A stretch of 64,000 nt of DNA from Phoronis australis (taxonomy: Eukaryota; Animalia; Phoronida): the NCBI GenBank assembly GCA_002633005.1, contig NMRA01000030.1, positions 1,410,088 to 1,474,087 on the forward strand, written 5' to 3'. Made by a program: the position numbers and the translations under genes. Below the pieces are notes generated by a model, which had not been told where the DNA came from, did no database searches, and saw only the letters and a program-made list of their open reading frames with translations. Below are positions 47,704-59,700 of this stretch, in pieces; position 1 is the stretch's first letter, and each line of letters starts with the position of its first letter.

Positions 47704-50700
47704 CTACAACCAGAAAAAATAAAAATAAGGATAACAAGTATTCTTTGGAAACTACAGTGTACTGCTGAATACAAAATGAAAATGAGTACAGGGTAATTTA
47801 ACATTTAAGTCATCGAATGGTATGTCAAGGTATCTAAATAAGATAATAAGTGGAAAGGCTTGTTACAAAAATCCAGTCTACACAGCCATGATATTACATG
47901 ATACAAACATGAATATTGACAGGCTACACTGTAGTAACTTGTAGAGGAACTTTACAGAAAAAAACAACTACTAAGAAATATGCAAGAGTTTCCTAGTACC
48001 CTCTTCTGGCCAGGTAGCGATGTCCTGCTGTCATAATCGTCAGTGAGCTGTAGATACTCATCCATGGTCTGATGTGAATGACCGCCTCTGCGGCCATGAA
48101 CAATCAGACCATCCAGCTTGTCCAGTTTAGTTTCAGACACATCAAGCTCCCACTTGGACTTCTTCAGGTGCGCCTAGTGAATATACAACAGGCAACAGTC
48201 AGAAGAATTGTGCTTTGCCACTTAATTTTCTTCTCAATAAATGCCTCTTACCATCAGAATGACAAGGCAGGTGAAGTACGAAAATTATTAATTAAGAGCC
48301 CAGTTGTTCTTGAAAGGATTTCTCTCATGTCAAAAGAAACCTAACTATAAAGTAATGTTAAAGTGATAGTAAACACTTGTTTTCTTTCCAAAAACCAAGT
48401 TGGCACTTATGATTTAGACATGTGGGCTCAGCAAGAATTGTTATGATTTCTTCAGATCAATATCATGAAATTTCAGGTCACACACTGACCGCAGTCACTG
48501 TCACTGTATGAAGAAATCACGAACTATCAGTTATTTTCAAGTTCACTAATCACACCGGTTATGACTAAGGGACAATTTTGAGACCTATTTCATAAGTCAG
48601 TGGTCTAAATCAAAATTAGTTATTCAGACAGATAGCACAGTTTTATTAGTACTTTAAAAAAGAGTCTAATAGAGAAGAAAAATCTGAAATTAGATGATAG
48701 ACATTGTCATTCATCCTCGAGAACTAATTGATGTGCATATAATAAGTTAAAATGTCTGCAAAACTACTTTTATTTTCTCTCCCTGTTGCAGAGCTGCCTT
48801 GTTCAACCTGGGCAAAAGTACCCCCAAAATAGTATAACGGTGCAAAGCCCTGTATTTCTTGTCCAGGAACGCAGGCAAAGGGCAACACAATTTTTTGCGA
48901 GAATCAGTCGAAAACCCAACAGAAGGAGTTTGGTGGCCCAGCAATGTCTGGAGGACATATAAGGGAGAATTTTTCTTGATTGATAATTTGTGAATCTGAT
49001 AACAAATATGAAAAATATTTTGAACAAAGCCCGATGAAAGACATGGAATTTGTATGTATTTTCTCTGCTCAATTAATACCCAAAAGCTCCAGACTACCTC
49101 AGAAACTAGGCTGGAAAGACCCCATTTACCAAACCAATTAAACAACTGAGTAAACAACTTGATTAAGCAGGTAGTCTGTAGTGAAACCTAGTCATTGTTA
49201 GCCATCAATCAGAAGATAGACAAATTATCTGAGATGGTTTCCATGTCTTGTGGCTGACATCTTCATCAGTCATGTTTTGCTTTGCCACCATTGGCATGGA
49301 AAACAATACATTTTATACTGGGCTAAGACAGCAACCACATTCATAGCATTAGGGGTCTGCATGATCCAGATCAACTCCCCATCAAGCAGACGACTAATGC
49401 CATGAATAGAGAGAAAAGAAGCTGTTCTCCATTTAGTCTAGAAAACAAAATCTTATTGTTTTCCACACCAGTCAGCATGAAAACTGAGCATCATTGAGTA
49501 AGATGTCAACTACAGGACATGCAATTAATCTGAATTATGATAATTCGTCACTTATTTAACACACAGAATTGCACACAGGTGAAATTCTACTTAGTCAAAT
49601 CTCTCCCAAAAATAATGATTCAGATACTTTTAGTATGTTACTAGCATGGTTTGTATGGAGATGTCACAAACAACTTTAAAATTTTCTATTATTTGCAGTA
49701 AAGTCATCAGCTGTTGAAAACGGAAAAAATGACAATTTTAGAAATTATTTTTGTGTGAAATAGGTGGAGATTAATGTACTTGGGTTAATTTTTGGTGGAA
49801 GGTTAAGAAAAAGCAAGATTCACCAAGTATACTTAACAAATGGTACACTCTGAGGCCTATCACTAATTTCAAAAAGCTGCTACAACTGAGAGAAGCTTTT
49901 TCCATGCTTTGTGAGGTATGCCAGTAAACAGATGACATGGTGTTACTTACTAAATCTTCTGGGACATCCAAAACAACACCCTACTCACAAGGGTCCAACA
50001 GTCGCTAACAAAATCTCCTTTGCAAAAATATGTTCGTGGCTCTTGTAAGTTACAGCAGACGAATAACAAAGCCAGAACTAAAAGGAAGTCCACGCAGGAC
50101 AACCCAGGGCATAAAATCACCCACATGAGATAAGTTCACAGCAGCTCCCATAGAGAACACCCCCAGGGCATAAACCCACCCACGTGAGATAAGTTCACAG
50201 CAGTTCCCATACAGAATACAACAGGGCATGAATTCACTCACATGAGATAACTTCAAAGCAGTTCCCAAAAGAATACCCCAGGGCATGAACTCACCCATAT
50301 GAGATAAGTTCAAAGCAGTTCCAGAATCAAATGTCCCGTTTACATACTGGCCATAATGTTAGCGTTTTGCTTAGCACGTTGGCTACCAGCAAAACTCCAG
50401 TAATCCAAATGGATTCCAGTCATTCGTTTGTGCTGGTGTTTTGCCACAAATAGTTACCAGTGGCTGGTGACTATTCGCTTGCAGCAAGAGCGCTAACTCA
50501 TCAAGGTGCAAACATTATGAGGTGACAGTGTCTTTGTTTACATGGGTGGTGAGGACAAAACTAACTGCTGGCTAAAATGGCCTGTTGATAAACAACACAC
50601 CTGTCTGCCTGATAGGTGGTTTTCAATGAAAAGCAACTGATGTTTTTGCCTCTCATTTGAAACTAGTAAAAATCAGATTGCAATGAAGAACCAGACTAAA

Positions 50701-53700
50701 AGAAGTCACTTAGTATATTCAAGCTGTATTGCAAGTCACACCATGGCAGAGTCCTAATTTGTACAGATCAATAATTAAATAACATTTCACAACTGACAGA
50801 AATGAATATATCATCACTGCATTGGAAAAATGTCTTAAAATTCTTATTCAGTAAGACCCTGGTATGTAAACACTTACATGAATAAAGGACAGAAACAATG
50901 AGCATTTTATAAGACTTTCAAAAAGCATCATCATTACAATAGTTTTTAATAAAACTATCATTGGCTCCAATCACTTGCAAATATGTAGGGGACACTTAAG
51001 TGCAGAAATTTGGACTGCAAGCTATGAGTGGTAAGACCCAAGTTTGAAAGCTGTGTTTTCAGGTAGACTACAGCATTGCACTCCTGCCTCCCTGCTTCAG
51101 CCTCAACTCAATAAGGGAGTGAATGAGAGAGCACCTATGACAAACCATACTCAGCACTAATAATGAGCCACTCTTCTTGTCAATTTACATGGTTATTAAA
51201 CTAATGCATCCGGTTTTTAAAACACATTTAGAATGCACAGTAAAAAAGAATCACTGCCTATTGAACATCAATTGTCATTGTCAAGTGGATGGTAACTGCT
51301 GCTCAGTCACACCAAATGGTAAATTCATACTCTCCCCTCATTACACACCTCTCCTGTACACAGCACATAGCTGGTAATGTCACATTCAACACTAAGTCTC
51401 ACCTCTCCAATACAAATCAGCAGCAAACATCTGTTAATTTCACATTCACATGACAGATACTCCAGCTCTCCTGTACACATGCTCTACAGATACTTTGCAA
51501 TCAAATGGAAGGTCCTAGCTCCACAGTATACATCTACACATCTACAGCAAATACTTTTCACATTCAATCTGCAGAAAGTTCCACACAACACTGTTATTTT
51601 CATATTTTCAAGGCAAAAACTCCCAGCCCTCCTCTACACATCTACGACAAATACCTAATTCCATAATATTACATGCCATAAAGTCTCAATTCAAACACTG
51701 ACTATTCAAGGGAATGATAAAATCATTAAAAAACCAAGAAATTACAAAATTAAAAGAAGCCATTTAGATTCACCATACTCAAAGTCAAGCATGAATCATT
51801 ATACATAGAAGTAAATGAGGTGTTGTGAAATATCAGCTTTGTCAACAGGGTAAACATCTGAATCCATCAACATTGTCATGATTACTAAACATTTGATGCA
51901 CTCAAAACAGGAACAGCAACTCTTTAAATCTGCATCAAACCACACAAACATTTCTCAATCATCTGACCAATGTTGTTGCCTTGGTTGAAGATCATTTTGA
52001 AAGCTGTGGTATTAACTGACGTGACACCACAGCATGTACTGTAGAAGAGAAGTAGCTCCGAAATAGGAGCAGTAGAATGCAGTATGTGTAATTAATGGGT
52101 GTAATACTACAGGGCACAAGTGGTGAGTGTTTGCAATTAAAACTGATTATTTCACAGATATTTCTCACTTCACATGGCATAGACCTTTGGTGAAAAATAT
52201 TCACTGATCCCTTATCCTTAAAAACACCTTGGTAATGAAAATGGCTGCTTGGCAATGTATTTTAACAATGAAGAACCATCAGATCTCCCAACAGATTTTA
52301 TCGAGTACCAAATGCACAATGGAAATCGGATGGATTGTTCTGTCAATTATGCAATTCCAGCCAATCAAGATTCAGAAGCATGCAAACGCAATAACAGTTG
52401 GTCATCTTTGTCTCGTTTCAAAGGAAAGCATTGATATGGTTTTACAGATACAGTGGGGACTGGGGCACTGCAATGTAGATCAATGATTAATGGAGTGCTA
52501 TAATGAAGGAAAGAGACTATCCCTCACAAAAGTAAAGCAGACTTCATGAACGAGTACAAAGGGAATGAAATTCAACTTCATGTTTCAAAATATTTTGATT
52601 TTATTTTATCTCACTTAATATAGCATCTAATGTGAATTAAACATAAAACATACTCATGGCTTACAGGCATGCCACCTATGGAAACATGACCTCATCAACA
52701 GCCAAGACAGTTTCTTATTCCCCACACATGGCCTCATCAACATCCAAGATAGTTTCTTATTTCCCACACCAGACCACCTGTGGACACTGAAAACTCAGAT
52801 ACAGTCAAATTCTACGGAGGCATTTTTCCCCCATTGTCATTTGTATCATTAAATAGCTTAACAACCTGTCTTGTCACTAAACATAGGAGTACAAAGTAAA
52901 AAACCGTTCTTGTGAACATTGACCAGTCAATGGGCTGGTGTAAACAATGAGTGGCTCAAAGGCTCAGTATCATGCATATACCACAGCGTACGTAACTATG
53001 AGTGGCACAAAGCCTTGATATCATGTATATACTACTGTGTAACTACGAGGGGCTCAAAGGCTTGATATCGTGTATATACCACTGAATAACTATGCGTGGC
53101 ACAAAGCTCTGATATCATGTATAAACTACTATGTAACTACGAGGGGCTCAAAGGCTCGATATCATGTATATACTACTCTGTAACTATGAGTGACTCAAAG
53201 GTTTGGTATCATGTATATACCGCTGCATAACAGTTCTTTTGCTTCTTCAGGCGGCATTTTCATAATGTGTACACTGACTGTTTCAGTGAAATATTATCTA
53301 AAACACATTGTGGAGAATCTACTGCAGGGATGCTCTTGCATAAGACTTCCAGTGCATCGACTTTGGACTTGCAGGACTATAGCAACAGAAATTATGGTGG
53401 GCGTGGCCTGAATGCCTTCGTAGGAACTATCCATTGAATGTACAGGTAGTAGTAAGCTGTTTATTTAACTCAAGGTGCCCAATCAAATGAAACCAAGCAT
53501 GGTAACTTACCTTTACTTAGTGACAAATGGGTTTTCAACCAGTACATCACTGAAAACTAGCCTGACAACTTAAACTTTAAAACGGTACCATCTCAATGTT
53601 GTTACTAAGCAGACACAATAAAATGTTACACATAATATTGACCAGTAAAACACCAATATCTACAAACAACAATCTATGAAAACAAGACACGCTCAAACAA

Positions 53701-56700
53701 ATCACAACAAACATACCCATTCAACAACTCACAACATACCCATTCTTCTTCATCGTCCTTCTCCTCTTGTTTCTTTTTCTCAATTTCTGTCTCCAATAAA
53801 TCATCTGTAAAGTCCTCCATCTCAACCTGCACGGTATACAAACATTCATTTCACAACTTCCCAGCAATCGAAATGCATAAAATAGTTACCAACAATTAAG
53901 AATAACTTTTATTTCCAACCACAGCACAACTGAATTACGCAGAGTTGTATAGGCCTAAGGCTGCACCGGTATGCTTCCAAGGGGTGTTTATGAATTTCAT
54001 GCAATGCAATTACGATAATTTGGCCCATACAGCTAAGTTGAAAATTAACTACTGTTGGCGCATTCCAACTAAACACCCCTAAGTAAGATCTGTTCATCCA
54101 TCAACTGAGACATAAACTGGCTGTGCTAATACCACACGCCAACCATATATCTCTGCACTAAAATTTCAATAAAATCTACCCAACCAGGAATATATTATAT
54201 AATTCTTGTTAAAAATTAAAAAAAACAAATACAGGGTATTATGGTAGTTAAATTTTTCTGAAAACCGACTGATGATTGCACATCCACACAAGAAAAAATT
54301 GTGTCAAGATTAAAGCTGAGTAGTGAAATGTCAAAATCGATATGATATTGCCAACTGGATGCCGATAGTCCTTCAATACCGACACCAAACTACTAGTATC
54401 ATGAATGTTTTTTACTGATTTTAGCTATGATGGCATTGTCATTTCTGAGAATTAATTGCCTGTCAACTTGGGCTACAAACTGTAACAGTCAATACAAAAT
54501 ATTTAATGAAGGAAACATGCACTGAGACTTTTTGATTACGGTACTTGTAAATTGAAAATTTTCCATCGACTTGAGTAAGCAATAATTGTGCCGCTAGCAT
54601 CAGTTCAGGCATTATATTGACACTTCAAGGCTCGCACTTTTGGGTTGATATCAAGCATTGTGCTTTGACTTCAAGAGTCGCATTTGGGTTGATATCATAC
54701 AAATAGGAACCTCAAGAGTCGTGTTTTGGGTTGATATCAAGCATTATACTGACACTTTAAGACTCGCACTTTGGGTTGATATAAAGCACAAACAGCATAC
54801 AATCACTGAGGTCATGACACAATGATACGGTTCCTACAGTGGTTTCACGTGATACAGCAGCGGATGGAAAATAAAACAAAACTGCCACTAGGAGATGCCA
54901 CAGTAGTTGGATAAAAATACAACAAAACAGCCACTAAGTAGTGCACAATACGTTGAATCCATCTGAAAACAAGAAGGTGGTTCCGTACTCTTAATAAAAA
55001 TCTATTGCTCAAATTTACATCAAAGAACTCTTAGGGGGTACAACAGTAGTCAAATCAATCTGAAAATTTGCTCATGCCATCCCCTACATGACAGGTTGAA
55101 TTTTTTTGAAAAAAGTTGTACTACCACCCTACTATTAAGCCCTATATTCCATAGCAAGAAATACTATCAGAACTAATGAATGCAAACAACTGTCATGCAT
55201 GCACAGCGCAACCTTAGATGTGCGTGATCAAAGTTGGCATTCCAGTCCCCGAGTTACCAAAGGCTTTTGTCATTGGTGTTGTGTACATGGTGCAACCACC
55301 AAAAATGTCAAGGTTGAAGAGTTCTTTGAAAATTCCTCAACAGTCAATAAGATGGTTTTCTGCCCATCTTTTAACTAGATATTGATTTCTGTGTCAAGTA
55401 ATGGGTTTCAGTCTTAAGACCATCAGCAAACTGCATTACGCAAATTGGATACAGAACACCCACTACTTTGTTACCTCTGTAATTGCAGCATCCTGTAGCA
55501 ATGGCCGGATGTCAAGGCGAATCATGTATGGTGGTGGATCTTCCCAGCTTCGTATGATCTACAGAGAATAGTCACTGCTCAACTGGAGTGAATAGTGTTC
55601 AACTCAGTGCAAAGTTCATCTGCAGTCTATTTCAACAGAACAGCAATGTACTTCTATTTGCTGCAAAACTTTCATCAACGTTTGCAAACTTTCTTAGCTC
55701 AGATTTTTTTTATGTCACAATTCTTAATAAGTCAGAAAGTAGAAAAGATTTTCTTTGTTCAGTCATAAGATGGCATCCATTCTATATAAAACTTTACCTT
55801 TTCAATGTGCCTGACTGAGTGCTTGTGAGTGTTCTGTTTGGCACACTGGTTGGCATCTGACATAATTTCAGCTATATAGACCTGCAATATAATACCATAC
55901 AATTTGTAGCACTGGGTTTTGTAAGGTAAAAGTGCAGCTTATTACGGGATCGAACGCACGCCACTATGACCTAATGACGCAGCAGAACAACAGAGACAGA
56001 CACTGACAAGATTTTTCAAGCTACAAAGAAAGCAACCTCATTCTAACTTGGACAGTATTATTCAAGCCTTTTGAGCCTAGTACAATTAAGATTACACAGA
56101 ACCAAGCTTGCAATGTGGTAGACGCTTTTATTTTAGAGTAGTTGCAAGCACCGCAAGACCTAAGACCTATTATATCAAAAGCAACGTTTAGCATTGATAT
56201 GCACTCATAGTGTGTATCGTATAATATGCAGATACAAGAGGTGGTCATATTTTTAAACATTCCCAATAAAGGGAGCAATGCTGGTAAACTTAAAAGAGTC
56301 TCTAGAGGGAGCATAGCAAGTCAGCAATGCCCTCCTCGACAGGAACACACCTGACACCCTTCATCATGATTTTTCAAACAGTTTGGAGGATAAAGAAGAG
56401 GGCAACAAAGAACTTAACAAAAACAAGGAGATGACACACAATATGGAGATAACACACAACAATAATCAAGCTAGACCAGATTTAAGAGTGAGCACCTTCA
56501 ACGAGGCAATAAAAAATATTAATTCATAACAAATGCAATGCCATTAACTTGTCTAAGGATGGCCATGTATTTACCTTAAAGGAGAATGCCACCCGATTTC
56601 ATTAGTCTTTTTTGCCATCTTAATCGGTCTATATCCACATCGCCTCGCATACGGTCAACCTTACCTTGCCAAGAGGTGTCGCGTTAACCAGTGAGGAAGG

Positions 56701-59700
56701 TGAGAAACGACGCTAGCGACGTCAGTGGTTCATATGCAGTCAATGCCGCTATGTTGCGGTGCATCGTTCCCGCTTGTTCGAACTATAAGCAGCTGCGAGG
56801 AAAGCGGGTATATCGTTTTTTACTTCCTCGAGAGTCCGAAATGCTTAGGAAGTGGCTCATGGTAGTGAAGAATGAAATGTACGCTGTAAATAGCAAGTAT
56901 GAGGCCGTGAAACATCTCCGTGTTTGTGGCCTGCAGACGTCGACAGTGCCTGACGAATGCCGGCTTACCAAATAACTCCATACGTTCCGTTGTCTGAGCT
57001 TGTTCACGGCGCCTCTCTAGTATTTCTTCATCACTGTATTCCTGTTTGAATTGATAGCCTGTAAAATTTAACGATCCACCTGCGAAGTCGGGATTGACGA
57101 GCTCTAGCTCGTCCTAAGTCAGGATTACGACGGTTGCCATGTTGGCGTTTATTACTGAGCGTTCTGTTTCAAAACGAATTATTCTCACCCTAACCAATAC
57201 TGATATAAAACTGAAACAAATTCTGTCTCACTAGATGTAATTTGTAATGCCTTTGGAGTGTTCCTGAGCGCAAATGATTTGAAAAAAACAGCAATGAATA
57301 AATCACTGCGTTACCGGCTTTAGGTGCAATAAAACTAATTGACGGGACACCGAGGCCATGTGAGCTCATGCTAATTTAGTGTTTGCTGGCAGAAACTGTA
57401 GTGAAATTATCACTGCGTTACCGGCTTTAGGTGCAATAAAACTAATTGATGGGACACCGAGGCCGTGTGAGCTCAAAATTTAGTGTTTGCTGGCAGAAAC
57501 TGTTGTGAAACAACTAGATTTCTATCCCACAACCAGGTGTTAGGGGAATCTTTATTTACATTTACATTACTCACTATGATTGTCAATGTACAACTTCTGC
57601 CCTGACGGTGCTGTGGCCAAAGCGGAACCTGAATTCGCAGCCCCCGACGAGTAAGTAGATTTGCAGTTTCGTGGCTAATTCACCAACATAATCACGTGCA
57701 CATTACCGTTTGGCTCACTAGTGTAGTATTTTCTTGACTGGAAGTTTAGTTTCCACTGAACTTTGGCTGGTTTATGTTCATGGTGTCTGATCAGTTTCCG
57801 AGCCACCGTCCGGGATAACGCCGTCAATCCGCCGGGCGGCCGTGATGGGCCTGATCGGGCTCCGAGCCACTGGCCAGGACTCAAAAAATCACAAGTCTAC
57901 ACAACAAAGATCTAGGTTCTCCTGTCTGTATCTCACGGAAAATACTTCGAAATCATCTCCGAACAGACCCAAACTCCTCCTACGGACCTTATTAGCCTGC
58001 CAAACTTTGTAGGCTACGATGTGTCCAAATACCAATAAATCCGTAAGAGCGAAGTAAAACAACACGTTTTTATAAGAACTCGGTGTATTTTTAAAGGTTT
58101 TACATCGAATTTTGATGATTTATTGGTGTTAAACGATGACTTCAAGCGATAAGCTGACACCAGTAACTCGTGTTGTGAATTGCTGAACAGACTGCATGTG
58201 AAACCGATGACGTCATTGGATAATTTCAACACCTCCGTCTGCTGGCAGGTGTCAGGTAATGCAACCGTACGTGTCGTTATGGAGTAGAACTACTCGATCT
58301 AAATTGATACGAATAAGGTTGTTTTTTGGGTGGCATGCTCCATTAAGTTTCTAAAAACTGCTAACTCGCCAGTGATCTCACTCAATACTCACTTCTCAGA
58401 ACTCTAAAAGCATTCTTGTTTTGGGATAGAATAGAATGTGGCAGCGCTGAGAGGGATAATGAGGATAATTTAAGATTTGGTGTGCAACTTGCATCATTTG
58501 AACATGAAGCACAACTTTAAGCAGTGACAAGAACAGGAAACTACTGAGTTGGCACACTTACATACCCATGTCCACACTTGTACCTTCATCAGGATCAAAA
58601 CCAATGTGAGAACATCAAGCAGTATACTTGTGTTACAGTTTACATTTATACCACTAACTTACCTGCCAGCCTTTAGACTTGCCATAGCTCCAGAACTGAT
58701 CAAAATGACCAACTTTGTTGTGCACTGCATCAAGAACTATAAAGTTGAAAAAGGCATCGTCGACGTTCTTCTTGAAGCTCTTGAACATACTTTTACGGTA
58801 AGCCTCCTCCATGTCAGCCTCATACTCATACTCCATTACCTGAAATGATCCAATTCATGTGCTAGTCTAAGGTGCGAAATCAATGGCAAAAGCAAGAATG
58901 ACAATGAAGCAGGCCTTCATGCAGCGTACGTCCTGGACGTCCATTTGGACGCCCTAGCACTAATGTGGACACTCTGGCAAGGACGCCCAATGTATCATTT
59001 GGACGCCCTGTCAATCAGAATTTCTCCAGTTTGGACACCCACATTGTAAGATTACTAAGACACCCAGTTAATCAAAGAGAGAAGTTGGCCCTTTCTACTC
59101 AGAAAGAAATATACAATGTATTTCAAATATTGCAATGTTCAAACTATTTTCAAAGTATTTGGTAGACCTGTCAATCATTAGCACGTGTTTGGTTGCCAGA
59201 GTGTCTGCTTTCAGTAGACTCATGTGCCACTGCAATTCTGTACTTTATATAGGGACAGGGACCTTGCTCAACTCCAAACTGGTGTTTCAGAGCTGTAGTT
59301 TCATCTACTTCATCTTTTTTTGAAAACACCAAAAGCGAAATAAATGTCATTATTTTAATAATATGATGTGCCGCAAGAACATCCCCATTTAAAATGTTTG
59401 AGTTTTCGCCCGTTTCATGCTTTCGTATGTGCGTCTAAAATGGAGCAGCAGTGACACCTGTTGCCAAAATATAAACCACACATCATCTGTGCATTTTTCT
59501 TTTGTTGGTAACTGCAGCTTTGATGACTCATTGTACAGAATATAAAGCTAGTGAAGTTGATATAATAAACTTGATAACAGAATTTGACTTGAGATGACCA
59601 AAAACAGTGCACTCATCGTTCAACCAATATCTGTAATATCTGTAATACCTGTTTGGTAAGCTTTTTGGCTGTTTTCGTAAATTTAAACATAAAAGTCTTT

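Noticed and set aside
49225-49277. Minus-strand CTGATGA...GAAA...TC hammerhead-like pattern in a YLPM1 intron
   Set aside because: The stem II closing pair is mismatched and stem I has only about 3 bp; likely chance.
50050-50313. ORF containing VVLRGLP, resembling the YLPM1 Walker A lead-in
   Set aside because: It arises from a minisatellite edge, lacks GSGKT and is in the wrong position in the gene.
48174-53739. Intronic C/D-box snoRNAs in YLPM1
   Set aside because: The TGATGA boxes checked by eye lacked a suitably spaced CTGA with a terminal stem; this was not an exhaustive search.
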